DNA from: Luminiphilus sp.
GTDB taxonomy: Bacteria > Pseudomonadota > Gammaproteobacteria > Pseudomonadales > Halieaceae
DNA: 58,172 nt
Direction of reading: 5' to 3'
Assembly: GCA_016778045.1 (NCBI GenBank)
Contig: JADHQG010000001.1
Location: forward strand, 1 to 58,172
The position numbers and the translations under genes are program-made. This document shows, piece after piece, positions 36,561 through 47,340 of the stretch (position 1 is its first letter; every line of letters starts with the position of its first letter). The notes under the pieces are model-generated. The model was not told the origin of the DNA, did not search any database, and worked only from the letters and a program-made list of their open reading frames with translations.

Positions 36561-39231
36561 TGACCTGATGGTGTCGCCCACTGCTCAGCTTGACTCATTG
36601 CTCTCCCAAGGGACTGATCCGGCGCTGGTAGCGCGCGATTTCCTGCAAACCTCAAGATCAGAGCTGACCGCGCGTTTTACTCCCGGTCAGACCATCACCC
36701 CCTTTCTTCGCCAAATCAGTGACATGGTCGACGCAGTCCTGACCCGACTGTGGTTGGAGTATGTCGGTGCTGAGTCGACGGCGGCGTTAATCGCCGTCGG
36801 TGGATACGGCAGAGGTGAGCTGTTCCCGCAGTCTGATATCGACGTGCTAATCCTGACGCGAGACGCACCAGACGCTAATACAGCGGGTCGGCTGGAGCGT
36901 TTTGTGACCAGCCTGTGGGATACGGGACTGCAGATCGGGCACAGCGTCAGAACACTGCAAGAGTGCGAGGAGCTGGCGAGAGAAGACCTGACCGTAGTGA
37001 CGACGATGATGGAGTCGCGTCATCTGGCAGGCGAGAACAGTTTGATCGAGAAACTGGCAGATATCATCAAGCCCTCCGCCATGTGGTCGCCTAACGACTT
37101 TATCCGCGGCAAATTGGGCGAACAGCAGAATCGCCACGATCGCTATAGCAACACCGAGTACGCGCTGGAGCCCAATATCAAGAGCTCCCCCGGTGGGCTT
37201 CGTGACCTGCAGGTTATCGAATGGATCACGCTGCGTTGCTTTGGCGTGGGCTTGGGAGAGGTTAACGAGCCTGATTTCCTGAGCGAGTCCGAGCGCGACC
37301 AACTGAAAAATGGACAGGAGTTTCTCGGTCAGGTGCGCTTCGCGCTGCACAGCATGACAGGGCGCGCCGACGACAGGCTGCTCTTTGACCACCAGAAAAA
37401 ACTCGCCGCGCTGTGGGGCATGGTCGATGGCGACACCCTAGCGGTCGAGCAGTTCATGCAAGTTTATTACCGGTGGATGAAAACGCTCAGCCAACTGAAT
37501 GAGCTGCTGATCGAGGTTTTTGAGCATCGTCTGGCCGATGCCACCGCTTCCGATGTTCGCGTCGTCGATGATGACTTCGAGGTCAGCGACAGTCGCATCA
37601 GAGCTCGTCATGACGGCGTTTTCCGGGACAACCCCAGTAACCTGCTGCGAATCTTTGTACTCATCGGCAATGACCCGCTGGTAGATCGCATTGAGCCTAA
37701 TACTCAGCGGCTGCTGCGGCGTGACTCGCCACTGATTGATGCGCCATTTCGCGCCGCGCAAATCAATCGCGACTTGTTTATGCAGGTGCTGGGCGTACCT
37801 CACAACATGACCAAACAGCTGAGGCGGATGTCCCGGCATGGCGTGCTGGGCCGATACTTGCCCGCTTTCGGCAGCATCATCGGACAAATGCAGTTTGACT
37901 TGTTTCACGCCTACACCGTGGACGCGCACACCACCGAGGTCATTGCCAACACAAGGCGCTTTATGCGGGCCGATTATACGGACCGTTTCCCAGTGTCGAC
38001 CCGCATCGCACGGCGGCTTCGAGATCCTCGATTACTCTACATTGCGGCATTGTTCCACGATATCGGTAAAGGCCGCGGCGGTGACCACTCAGAGCTAGGG
38101 GCGGTGGATGCCGAACAATTCTGTGTCGATCACGGGCTATCGCAGACCGACACTCAGCTGATTGTGTGGCTCGTAAAGAATCATCTGTTAATGAGCCAAA
38201 TTGCCCAGCGGCGGGATATTTCCGACCCGGAAGAAATCCAGCGCTTTGCCGAGATTGTCGTGACGCAGGAGCGGCTCGATTACCTCTATACGCTCACCGT
38301 GGCCGACATCGCAGGCACGAACCCCGAGCTCTGGAACGCTTGGCGCTCATCACTCATGCGCCAGCTGTATACCGAGACCCGTCGGGCCCTGAGCCGCGGC
38401 TTGGAGAATCCTCTCGCCCGTGAAGAGGTCATCCACATGACCAAGCGCGGTGCGGCTGAGGCGCTGGAATACCGCGGGTTTCTCGAAGAAGAGCTACATG
38501 AACTGTGGTCCCGACGAGGCGAAGATTATTTTCTGCGCGAGCGCGCTGAAGACATTGCATGGCACACAGAGGCCATTGCGGATCACAGTCGGCAGGACGG
38601 CGCCCTGGTATTAGTCAAGCAGGCCAGCGAATCGCCCATCAGCAATGCCACGCAAATATTCGTGCATACCCAGGACGAGCCCAATACGTTCGCAAGAATC
38701 TGCGCCGCGATCGAATCGCTCGATCTCAGCATCCACGACGCGCGCATCTACAGCGATACCGATGGCGGCACGCTCGATACCTTTTTTGTGTTGAAGAGTG
38801 ATGGCTCATCATTGGACAACCATCCCGATAGCCTCGACGAGATCGGGAATAAAATCAGGTCTAGCTTGGCCGAAAGCGCTGTGAGAACAGTCTCTCGGCA
38901 CACGCCCCGGACTGTCAAAGCGTTCACCATCCCCACTACCGTGCAATTCTCCGCAGACGAATCGGCTGGTTTGACGATACTGGAGGTGACCACAGCCGAC
39001 CGGCCTGGGCTGCTCGCTCGTCTTGGATCGATCTTGTCCGCACGGGAGGTCTCTATTCAAGGCGCAAAAATCCAGACATTGGGGGAGCGGGTTGAAGATA
39101 TCTTTTTCCTCGCCGATGCCTCTGGCGGACCATTGCAAGATGCGGAGCTGCTCTCTGATTTGGAAGAAGAGCTCATCACGGCACTGGGGGTCGGACAGGC
39201 CAGTGGAGAAACCACGGAGATGTCGATTTGA
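36541..39231 (+). CDS. glnD: [Protein-PII] uridylyltransferase
   Basis: AVGGYGRGEL..SDID, GGLRD, HD domain LFHDIGKG, two ACT domains. GGAGG before ATG 36541. Confidence 0.98.
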   Translation: MNTSPSDDLMVSPTAQLDSLLSQGTDPALVARDFLQTSRSELTARFTPGQTITPFLRQISDMVDAVLTRLWLEYVGAESTAALIAVGGYGRGELFPQSDIDVLILTRDAPDANTAGRLERFVTSLWDTGLQIGHSVRTLQECEELAREDLTVVTTMMESRHLAGENSLIEKLADIIKPSAMWSPNDFIRGKLGEQQNRHDRYSNTEYALEPNIKSSPGGLRDLQVIEWITLRCFGVGLGEVNEPDFLSESERDQLKNGQEFLGQVRFALHSMTGRADDRLLFDHQKKLAALWGMVDGDTLAVEQFMQVYYRWMKTLSQLNELLIEVFEHRLADATASDVRVVDDDFEVSDSRIRARHDGVFRDNPSNLLRIFVLIGNDPLVDRIEPNTQRLLRRDSPLIDAPFRAAQINRDLFMQVLGVPHNMTKQLRRMSRHGVLGRYLPAFGSIIGQMQFDLFHAYTVDAHTTEVIANTRRFMRADYTDRFPVSTRIARRLRDPRLLYIAALFHDIGKGRGGDHSELGAVDAEQFCVDHGLSQTDTQLIVWLVKNHLLMSQIAQRRDISDPEEIQRFAEIVVTQERLDYLYTLTVADIAGTNPELWNAWRSSLMRQLYTETRRALSRGLENPLAREEVIHMTKRGAAEALEYRGFLEEELHELWSRRGEDYFLRERAEDIAWHTEAIADHSRQDGALVLVKQASESPISNATQIFVHTQDEPNTFARICAAIESLDLSIHDARIYSDTDGGTLDTFFVLKSDGSSLDNHPDSLDEIGNKIRSSLAESAVRTVSRHTPRTVKAFTIPTTVQFSADESAGLTILEVTTADRPGLLARLGSILSAREVSIQGAKIQTLGERVEDIFFLADASGGPLQDAELLSDLEEELITALGVGQASGETTEMSI

Positions 39232-40418
39232 ATGCGGGTCTGGGGACGCTGCATCCCTACCCCTTCGAAAAGCTGGCAGACCTATTCAACGGTGTTGTGG
39301 CGGATGCGTCGCAAATGATTCCACTGACGATCGGTGAACCTCAACACCCGCCACCGGATCCGGTACTGGCACTCCTGGCTGAGCACAGCCATTTGGTCGC
39401 GCAGTATCCGGCCACAGCGGGCCTCCCTGCGCTGCGCGCCAGCATTGCAACGTGGCTGGCGCAGCGATTCGCGCTACCGGGTGTCGATCCGGAACGCCAC
39501 GTGCTGCCGCTCAATGGCACCCGCGAGGGGTTATTCGCAATTGCCCAGACCGCCGTTACAGGGGGAAAGCCGGGCGCGGTGATCTGTCCCAATCCCTTCT
39601 ATCAAATCTATGAGGGAGCAGCCCTGCTGGCAGGAACTGAGCCGGTGTTGGTGAACTGCATTGATGAGACCGGCTTTTTGCCAGACTTTGATGGCGTCAG
39701 TGACGATGCGTGGCAAGCCTGCGATTTACTGTTTATCTGCACACCAGGGAATCCTGCAGGCGCGGTCATGCCGCTGCCCATGCTGCAGCGGTTGATTGAA
39801 CTGGCGCATCAACATGACTTTTTGATCGCCAGTGACGAGTGCTACAGCGAGATTTACCCCCAAGAAGGACAACCTCCACCCGGCTTGCTACAGGCCGCCG
39901 CCGCGATGGGACATGAAGAATTCAGCCGTTGTCTGTGCTTTCACAGCCTGTCCAAACGGTCTAACTTACCGGGCCTCAGGTCTGGCTTTGTGGCCGGCGA
40001 CCCCCTGTGGATAGAGCGTTTCAAGCGCTATCGCACTTACCATGGTTGCGCCATGCCACCGCACCACCAGCTCGCCAGCGAATGGGCATGGCGCGACGAG
40101 CAACACGTGATCGAGAATCGCGCGCGTTATCGTGAAAAATTTGCCGCAGTGACGCCGATTCTTGCAGCCTGCCTGAACGTGTCATCACCCGACGCGGGTT
40201 TTTACCTGTGGCCTGAAACACCGATTGATGACGAAACCTTCGCGCAACACCTGTTGCAGCACGCAGCCGTGAAGGTACTTCCCGGCCGCTACCTTGCGAG
40301 GGATACAAGCCTCGGCAACCCCGGCGAAAATCGGGTGCGACTGGCGCTGGTTGCCGAGCTCAAAGACTGCGTAGACGCCGCGGAACGTATCGCCCACACC
40401 GTCAAACAGGGTTGGTGA
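39228..40418 (+). CDS. dapC: Succinyldiaminopimelate transaminase
   Basis: LHPYPFEKL, NPFYQIYEGA, SLSKRSNLPGLRSG; located after glnD. Confidence 0.95.
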   Translation: MNAGLGTLHPYPFEKLADLFNGVVADASQMIPLTIGEPQHPPPDPVLALLAEHSHLVAQYPATAGLPALRASIATWLAQRFALPGVDPERHVLPLNGTREGLFAIAQTAVTGGKPGAVICPNPFYQIYEGAALLAGTEPVLVNCIDETGFLPDFDGVSDDAWQACDLLFICTPGNPAGAVMPLPMLQRLIELAHQHDFLIASDECYSEIYPQEGQPPPGLLQAAAAMGHEEFSRCLCFHSLSKRSNLPGLRSGFVAGDPLWIERFKRYRTYHGCAMPPHHQLASEWAWRDEQHVIENRARYREKFAAVTPILAACLNVSSPDAGFYLWPETPIDDETFAQHLLQHAAVKVLPGRYLARDTSLGNPGENRVRLALVAELKDCVDAAERIAHTVKQGW

Positions 40419-41119
40419 TGACCCGAGCGTCTCACCTCACTGTATCCAAGCTGACTGGATCCAACCTGTCGAAAGCCGAGCGCATCGCCTACATTGACGA
40501 CAAGCTCCAGGCGCTCTATCCCGAGACCCCTGTGCCGCTGGATCACACTGACCCTTACACCTTGCTGATCGCCGTATTGCTCAGTGCACAATGCACCGAT
40601 GAGCGGGTCAATCAGGTGACTCCGGGACTGTTCGCGAAGGCGGATTGTCCGGAGGAAATGGTGACGCTGAGTGTGGAGACAATCCGCGGCATCATCCGCC
40701 CGTGCGGACTCTCACCGCAGAAGTCCAAAGCCATTCACCGCTTGAGTGAGCTATTGCTCGCCCACCACGAGGGTCAGGTTCCCGCGGATCTCGAGGCTTT
40801 GGAGAAGCTGCCCGGTGTGGGTCACAAGACAGCGAGCGTGGTCATGGCACAGGCCTTCGGCATGCCGACCTTTCCGGTGGATACGCATATCCATCGACTG
40901 GCTCAGCGCTGGGGTCTGACGCGAGGCCGCAATGTGGTTGAGACGGAGCGGGACTTAAAGCGCGCCTTTCCAAAAACTCGCTGGAACGCGCTTCATCTGC
41001 AAATCATCTTCTACGGCCGAGAGTACTGCACTGCCCGCGGCTGCGACGGACGGGTTTGCGAAATCTGCACCACCTGCTATCCCACCAGAAAGCATCCCAA
41101 ACGGTGCAACAAAGCCTGA
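40418..41119 (+). CDS. nth: Endonuclease III (HhH-GPD glycosylase/AP lyase)
   Basis: LLSAQCTDERVN, LPGVGHKTA, VDTHIHR; variant Cys cluster. Confidence 0.95.
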   Translation: MTRASHLTVSKLTGSNLSKAERIAYIDDKLQALYPETPVPLDHTDPYTLLIAVLLSAQCTDERVNQVTPGLFAKADCPEEMVTLSVETIRGIIRPCGLSPQKSKAIHRLSELLLAHHEGQVPADLEALEKLPGVGHKTASVVMAQAFGMPTFPVDTHIHRLAQRWGLTRGRNVVETERDLKRAFPKTRWNALHLQIIFYGREYCTARGCDGRVCEICTTCYPTRKHPKRCNKA

Positions 41120-41235
41120 GCAACAGCGCGACCATTGGGCAATTCTGCTACCCTGCGCGGCCTGACGTGAGGTCTGCTCCGCCCAGATGCAGGCCCGCCT
41201 TGTAAACCGCATCAATCAAAAAGACGTGTAAAGCT

Positions 41236-41589
41236 ATGAGTGTGCCGACCCTATTCGGGATCCCAAACTGTGACACGGTCAGGAAAGCGCGGAAGTGGCT
41301 GGAGGGCCAAAGCATTGCGCACGAGTTTGTTGACCTGCGCGAAAATACGCCCGCCGCCGACCAAATCGCCACCTGGCTTGAAGCGCTCGGTGCAGATCGT
41401 CTCATCAATCGTCGCAGCACCACTTATCAGCAACTAGATGACGCTCAACGCGCAGCATTGCAAGGCGATGAGGCCATAACGCTGCTGCGTAAGCACCCCA
41501 CACTCATCAAGAGACCGGTATTGGCAGTACACGGTCGTCTGTCGGTGGGTTTCTCCGAGCAAGACTATGCGGAACTGTTCCATGTTTAA
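41236..41589 (+). CDS. ArsC/Spx family protein (YffB-like)
   Basis: GIPNCDTVRKARKWL, PTLIKRPV. Confidence 0.92.
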   Translation: MSVPTLFGIPNCDTVRKARKWLEGQSIAHEFVDLRENTPAADQIATWLEALGADRLINRRSTTYQQLDDAQRAALQGDEAITLLRKHPTLIKRPVLAVHGRLSVGFSEQDYAELFHV

Positions 41590-41613
41590 GTCAATGCCAG
41601 AGGACATGACACA

Positions 41614-42624
41614 ATGAGCTCGCTTCATGGTTTTGGTCTGGGTATCGCATCCACAAACGCCGAGGGGGCCATACTGGACACGTTTTATCCGCGTCCCTTG
41701 GCACCTGTGAGCGGCGCCGTGGCTGATGCCTTGCAGGGTGTCTCAGGCACGCTGGATACCGCTCAGCTGACAGAGCTGGCCACCTCGCTGCAAACAGCGG
41801 GAGAAACCGCCCTTGCCGCCATTGCAACGCAATTAATCGAGTCAGATCAGCAGATTGTTGCCACGCCGCTGACAGATAATCGAGCACCTGCTTCAGTTGA
41901 GGAGGCGTACCTCAAACTGCACCTGATCTCCCATCGACTGGTAAAGCCTCATGAGACGGAGCTCACCGGGTTGTTTGGCCTGTTGCCAAACGTGGCATGG
42001 ACAGATCAAGGGCCCGTCGACTTGGCCGAGTTGGCCCAAAGACAGCTCGAGGCGAGGATGAAAGGCGCAGTCCTGGAGGTCTCCAGCGTCGATAAGTTCC
42101 CCAAGATGACGAACTACGTTGTGCCCTCGGGTGTCCGGATCGCCCACACCGCCCGCGTTCGATTAGGCGCTTATCTGGGTGAAGGCACGACAGTGATGCA
42201 CGAGGGATTTATCAACTTTAATGCAGGCACAGAGGGCCCCAGCATGGTTGAGGGTCGCATCTCGGCCGGCGTATGGGTGGGTAAAGGTTCTGATCTGGGC
42301 GGCGGATGCTCCACGATGGGCACGCTCTCAGGTGGCGGCAACATTGTGATTTCGGTGGGCAAGGAATGCCTCATTGGCGCCAACGCCGGCTTGGGCATTC
42401 CGCTTGGCGATCGATGCACGATAGAGGCCGGCTTATTCGTCACAGCCGGCACCAAAGTCAGCGTGCTGGACGAAAAAGGCAGCACGATTGAAACCGTCTC
42501 CGCCCGCACGCTGACAGGCCGGCCTGACCTGCTGTTCAGACGGCACTCCAGCACTGGCGAGGTGCAGTGCCTGACTAACAAGAGCGCGGTCGAGCTCAAC
42601 GAGATGTTACATGCCAACAACTGA
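41614..42624 (+). CDS. dapD: Tetrahydrodipicolinate N-succinyltransferase (long form)
   Basis: [33 protein letters not shown]. Confidence 0.97.
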   Translation: MSSLHGFGLGIASTNAEGAILDTFYPRPLAPVSGAVADALQGVSGTLDTAQLTELATSLQTAGETALAAIATQLIESDQQIVATPLTDNRAPASVEEAYLKLHLISHRLVKPHETELTGLFGLLPNVAWTDQGPVDLAELAQRQLEARMKGAVLEVSSVDKFPKMTNYVVPSGVRIAHTARVRLGAYLGEGTTVMHEGFINFNAGTEGPSMVEGRISAGVWVGKGSDLGGGCSTMGTLSGGGNIVISVGKECLIGANAGLGIPLGDRCTIEAGLFVTAGTKVSVLDEKGSTIETVSARTLTGRPDLLFRRHSSTGEVQCLTNKSAVELNEMLHANN

Positions 42625-43759
42625 TGACCGTGACCCAACGCTGACGCTCACGAAAGACCTGATCGCACGGCCATCTGTCACGCCGGAAGACGCCGGTTGC
42701 CAAGCGCTGATGATGACCCGTTTGCAGCAGATTGGGTTCTCGGTTGAAGCCATGCGCTTTGGCGACGTGGACAATTTTTGGGCGACTCGCGGAACGACAG
42801 GCCCGCTTTTAGTGTTTGCCGGGCACACTGATGTCGTCCCCCCTGGTGATGACGCAAAATGGCAATCCGATCCATTCACAGCCACCGAGGTCGGCGAGGA
42901 TCTCGTCGGACGAGGCGCGGCGGACATGAAGGCCAGCCTCGCCTCGATGGTGGTGGCATGCGAGCGCTTCGTCTGGGCGCATCCTGACCATCAGGGTCGC
43001 ATTGGTGTTCTCATTACCTCCGATGAGGAAGGACCCGCCCGCGACGGCACAGTAAAAGTAATGGACGTCCTCACCGCTCGCGGTGAGAAAATCGACTGGT
43101 GCATAGTGGGAGAACCCTCCAGCACCCGTGACCTCGGTGATCTGGTCAAAAACGGTCGTCGCGGCTCACTGAATGCGACCCTCACTGTCCATGGCACACA
43201 AGGCCACATCGCCTATCCGCACCTTGCCGATAACCCCATTCACCGAGCTCTGCCGGCCCTCGATGCGTTGACAAACGAGGTCTGGGATGCGGGCAACGAA
43301 TTTTTTGACCCAACCTCATTACAGATTTCCACGGTTCAGGCGGGTCAAGGCGTGACGAACGTCATCCCCGGACAGGTGGATGTCTTGTTTAACCTGCGGT
43401 TCAGTACTGATGTGACGGCCGAGTTCATCAAGGCACGTTGCGAAGCCATTCTCGATCAGCACGGGCTCGATTACGACCTGCAATGGTCATTGAGCGGTGA
43501 GCCCTTTTTGACCGAGCCTGGCGCCCTGCTGCAAGCCGTCACCGACAGTATCGATGCGGTCACGGGCCGTCATCCCGAGGTCTCCACCGGCGGCGGCACC
43601 TCGGACGGGCGATTTATTGCCCCTAGTGGTGCGCAAGTGGTCGAGGTCGGTCACGTTAATGAAACCATTCACCAGTGTAATGAGCGCGTCAAATTGGCCG
43701 ACGTACCGCGGCTAACCGACATTTATCTGGGCATTCTCGAACGCTTATTGGGTAGCTGA
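42611..43759 (+). CDS. dapE: Succinyl-diaminopimelate desuccinylase
   Basis: [36 protein letters not shown]. Confidence 0.98.
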   Translation: MPTTDDRDPTLTLTKDLIARPSVTPEDAGCQALMMTRLQQIGFSVEAMRFGDVDNFWATRGTTGPLLVFAGHTDVVPPGDDAKWQSDPFTATEVGEDLVGRGAADMKASLASMVVACERFVWAHPDHQGRIGVLITSDEEGPARDGTVKVMDVLTARGEKIDWCIVGEPSSTRDLGDLVKNGRRGSLNATLTVHGTQGHIAYPHLADNPIHRALPALDALTNEVWDAGNEFFDPTSLQISTVQAGQGVTNVIPGQVDVLFNLRFSTDVTAEFIKARCEAILDQHGLDYDLQWSLSGEPFLTEPGALLQAVTDSIDAVTGRHPEVSTGGGTSDGRFIAPSGAQVVEVGHVNETIHQCNERVKLADVPRLTDIYLGILERLLGS

Positions 43760-43761
43760 AC

Positions 43762-44328
43762 TCACCGCCGCAGTGACAAATGCAACCCGCGTGACGCCCA
43801 TTGCTGCGATTCTGCGACCACAAATTGCTCGACAAACGCATCGAGTGCCAACTCTAGAGGGCAGGCATTGTCTGGCAAAGGCGGCCGCAGGATGGTCATA
43901 CATCCGCCGAGTTGGGAGTCCAGCACAACGAGTGCACCACGACTCAACCTGATCAGGGCATCCACCACATGGCCGCCCAAGGTAGCGACAGGCGGCTGTG
44001 CCGACGCTGTCGATATCGCACCTTGCGCCGGCGGACTCGCCGGCAGCGCCAAGGTAATCTGCTCCACAGGGTTGCGCTGACGTATGAGATCCAGCATCAA
44101 ACCCTGCCCGATGGTCGTGTGTAACGGGACATCATGCCACTCAGCCGGACTCTGACCTTCGACAGCGGCTTCCCGGATTTCGCTGACCGCTTTGCGTTGC
44201 GGTTTGCTGCCAGCCAATTGGCCACAAAAAATGGGCCTGGGGTGAAGGGCAGCCAATCGAAGCTCCTCAACACACATCGACTCTGTGCCAATCCAGAAAC
44301 CACTTCCCTTCACGTCACTCACCTTCAT
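43762..44328 (-). CDS. Hypothetical protein (start approximate)
   Basis: The ORF fills the gap between rsmJ and dapE and its start overlaps the rsmJ stop; no family recognised. Confidence 0.6.
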   Translation of the reverse strand: MKVSDVKGSGFWIGTESMCVEELRLAALHPRPIFCGQLAGSKPQRKAVSEIREAAVEGQSPAEWHDVPLHTTIGQGLMLDLIRQRNPVEQITLALPASPPAQGAISTASAQPPVATLGGHVVDALIRLSRGALVVLDSQLGGCMTILRPPLPDNACPLELALDAFVEQFVVAESQQWASRGLHLSLRR

Positions 44329-45133
44329 CTTGACCGTCCACGCCCGCTGATGGTCGAACATAGACGTCAAAGCGCACTGATTTACCGGTGAGGGAATGAG
44401 ACGGTGCCTGAGTTCCCAGCGCCGGTGCACGCACGGGACGTTTTACAACAATGCGCGATGCAGGTTGCTGCCAGGCCCATTGCCATAGATCCTCGCCGTC
44501 ATCACTCGTGTCGGCCAGGCGTTGCAGCAGCACAGCTTCCTTCTTGACCGCCGCCGCTTTCTTGCGCTCGGGAAACATCGGGTCAAGGTAGATCACCGCG
44601 CCCTCCGGAACACGATGCAGGCGACTATCTGCAGCCAGCACACTCATCCGCTCTGCCGCCTCTCGCACCTGAACATAGCTGCTGACCAACGCCGCGCTCT
44701 TAGCGGCAGTCAATAACCACGCCAATACCGGCACGCGCTCACTCACAGTGACCCCACACCCGAGGTCGGCGAGCACGAAGGCGTCGCGGCCCAAACCACC
44801 GGTCGCATCCCATACTTGGGGTTGGCGATCTGCCTTCACACCGATCGCACGACCGAGTAGCTCGTTCTGCCCACCGCGCCGGCGATGTCGCATAGCAGCT
44901 GAGTCAAATTGCAGACGCACCGTCGTTCCATCCAGCACCAACCAGGCGTCCGTCTCACCCACCACCAAATGCAACGTCGATGATTCGACGCGTGGCAAAA
45001 ATGGGTAGCCCAACGCCTGTGCCGCCGCCTGCGCACGCTTGGGTGATTCTCCCTGAACCGGCACAACCGGCAGGACTACTACGCGTGATGGCGGCGGATC
45101 TGCAGCGTTCGTTTGCATTGCTTGAGAGGCCAT
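44315..45133 (-). CDS. rsmJ: 16S rRNA m2G1516 methyltransferase
   Basis: WDATGGLGRDAFVLA, IYLDPMFP, RIVVKRP, RFDVY. Confidence 0.95.
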   Translation of the reverse strand: MASQAMQTNAADPPPSRVVVLPVVPVQGESPKRAQAAAQALGYPFLPRVESSTLHLVVGETDAWLVLDGTTVRLQFDSAAMRHRRRGGQNELLGRAIGVKADRQPQVWDATGGLGRDAFVLADLGCGVTVSERVPVLAWLLTAAKSAALVSSYVQVREAAERMSVLAADSRLHRVPEGAVIYLDPMFPERKKAAAVKKEAVLLQRLADTSDDGEDLWQWAWQQPASRIVVKRPVRAPALGTQAPSHSLTGKSVRFDVYVRPSAGVDGQDEGE

Positions 45134-45167
45134 GATTGACTGAAGGTCAGTCCGTTGCAGTCATTAT

Positions 45168-45692
45168 ATGAGTCAATTCTCAACAGGGTTAGCCGCCGCA
45201 TACCTTTCACTTGGCGCGCTGTTGCTATCAGGTTGTACCCAACTGGAGAAGTACGACATCACTGTCAATGATGTCACGGTCTATGAGCCCGCCCCGGTCA
45301 TCAAGGTGGAGAACGTAGCGGATACAGCGCTGCGCGGCTGTCTGCAACAAACCGCCTGGGACCATGAAGCCACCTCCCCGTTGGCATTGAAAATACTTAA
45401 CTGCAGCGAAGCAGGCATCCGATCTCTGGATGGCCTCGAACAATTTTCGGCACTCAGTTCGGTCAAGCTTAGCGGCAACCAGATCCGCAATTTATTGGTT
45501 CTCGAACGCTTGGAGGCATTGGAGCAGTTATGGCTGGACAACAATGATATTGTCGACCCTATTCCGGTGCTGAGAATGACGTCGTTGCGCATCCTGAATC
45601 TGACAGACAATCCGGCGCTGCAGTGCCCCAAGAGAAGCGATATCCCCACGAGTCTGCAACTCAACCTGCCGTCTCACTGTCAGTCGACATGA
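45168..45692 (+). CDS. Leucine-rich-repeat lipoprotein
   Basis: Lipobox LSGC; about four 22-aa LxxLxLxxNxI repeats. Confidence 0.85.
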   Translation: MSQFSTGLAAAYLSLGALLLSGCTQLEKYDITVNDVTVYEPAPVIKVENVADTALRGCLQQTAWDHEATSPLALKILNCSEAGIRSLDGLEQFSALSSVKLSGNQIRNLLVLERLEALEQLWLDNNDIVDPIPVLRMTSLRILNLTDNPALQCPKRSDIPTSLQLNLPSHCQST

Positions 45693-46552
45693 CCTATTGG
45701 CTCTACAAAGCCATTGCCCGGCTGCCGCTGCCCGTTAAGTACGGCCTATCAACCATCGCCGCTTTCTTGTTGGCGCATGTATTCCGATACCGAGCACAGG
45801 TCATTGAGACCAATCTCCAGAATGCCTTCCCAGAGCGCGATGCCATCTGGCGTCGTGATATCGCCGTACGGTTTTATCGTCAGTTCACCGACGTGACCAT
45901 GGAGATTCTGCACGCATCGCGTATGCACCTGCCCGACTTCAAACGTAGAGTCACCGTTGAAGGCCTTGATGAGCTCGACCGCATGACCCAGGGTCGCAGC
46001 CGATCGGTCATCGTACTGACCATTCATCTCGGGAATTGGGAGTGGATGATGCACGCCGCCAACGCCCGTGGCGACATTCCCATCGACCCCGTATACCGGC
46101 GCCTGCACAATGAGGGTGCGGATCGATTTGCTTACGAAGTGCGGAGCCGCTTCGGTGGTGAACCCATTTTGATGGAGAAAGTGGCGCGCAACGTGTTGAA
46201 AAATAGACGCCGCTTTCGCGCCCTCGTGTTGGTCGCTGATCAGTCGCCGGGAGAGCGAGACAATGTCTATTGGACAGACTGGCTGCATCAGCCCACGGCG
46301 TTTTTCCGGGGGCCCGCGACCATCGCGCAGCTTACGGAATTCCCCGTCATGTTTGCTCGCTGTCGCCGGAAATCCCGGGGGCACTACCACCTGAGCCTGA
46401 TCCCAATTGTCGAGTCGCCGGGTCAGATGACCGAAGAAGCGATTATCGAGGCCTACATCAGGGCCGCCGAACAAACGATCCGCGAAGAGCCTGAGAGCTT
46501 TCTGTGGTCAAACCGCCGCTGGAAGCATAAACCCCCAGCTCAGGAAGCTTGA
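45689..46552 (+). CDS. Lipid A late acyltransferase (LpxL/LpxP family)
   Basis: NLQNAFPE, HLGNWE, ADQ, FLWSNRRWK; ATGA overlap with the LRR gene. Confidence 0.9.
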   Translation: MTYWLYKAIARLPLPVKYGLSTIAAFLLAHVFRYRAQVIETNLQNAFPERDAIWRRDIAVRFYRQFTDVTMEILHASRMHLPDFKRRVTVEGLDELDRMTQGRSRSVIVLTIHLGNWEWMMHAANARGDIPIDPVYRRLHNEGADRFAYEVRSRFGGEPILMEKVARNVLKNRRRFRALVLVADQSPGERDNVYWTDWLHQPTAFFRGPATIAQLTEFPVMFARCRRKSRGHYHLSLIPIVESPGQMTEEAIIEAYIRAAEQTIREEPESFLWSNRRWKHKPPAQEA

Positions 46553-47340
46553 GCGCTGGCGACAGCTGGTGCCTGAGCGGCGTTGAGATCTATCCAATCA
46601 AACCCAGCCTCCTGCGTGGCATGAATCACTGAGCAGGAGTGCAAGTGGCTCCACCCCGCTAAAGCGGCATCTGCCAGTTCAGGTTGGTTGTTTTGTTGAC
46701 TGATGTGCGCCACGAACAACACCTTCAGGTTTGAGGTGTCCGCATGCTCAAGAAACTGACGCGCTTGAGCATTGGCAAGATGGCCAAAATCGCCGCCCAC
46801 TCGGGCTTTGATCGATCTTGGGTAAGGCCCCTCTGCCAGCATAACGGGGTCGTGGTTGAACTCCAGCATCATCGCATCACAACCGGAAAAAGCGGCCACC
46901 ACGTGTGGCGTAATACTGCCCAGATCAGTTAGCACGCCGAGTTTGCTCCCGCCACCCTGTACACAGAACTGCACTGGCTCGCGAGCATCGTGTGGCACCG
47001 GCTCGGCCGCGACGTGCAGATCTCCCACATCGAAACGATCTCCAGGCCTGATGACGACGGCGCGCTCAAGTCCCTGCAACCGGCGGTTGCTGGCGGTTCC
47101 CGCCGTCAGAAAAACAGGCAGAGAGTGCGCCTTGGACAGCGCCACCACGCCTCGACAATGATCGCTGTGTTCGTGAGTAACGAGAATTGCGTCGATATCT
47201 TGCGCCGAAAGCCCACGACGGCTTAGCCGCTGCTCAACGTCCTTTTTTGGCAAGCCACAGTCAATGAGGACCAGCGTTTCACCTGTGTCGACCAGCGTCG
47301 CGTTCCCCTTGCTACCACTTCCGAGGGACGCGATGCGCAT
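46540..47340 (-). CDS. MBL-fold metallo-hydrolase (YycJ/WalJ-like)
   Basis: SLGSGSKGNA, THEHSDH, HDA, HIS; usual neighbour of bamC. Confidence 0.92.
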   Translation of the reverse strand: MRIASLGSGSKGNATLVDTGETLVLIDCGLPKKDVEQRLSRRGLSAQDIDAILVTHEHSDHCRGVVALSKAHSLPVFLTAGTASNRRLQGLERAVVIRPGDRFDVGDLHVAAEPVPHDAREPVQFCVQGGGSKLGVLTDLGSITPHVVAAFSGCDAMMLEFNHDPVMLAEGPYPRSIKARVGGDFGHLANAQARQFLEHADTSNLKVLFVAHISQQNNQPELADAALAGWSHLHSCSVIHATQEAGFDWIDLNAAQAPAVASAQAS

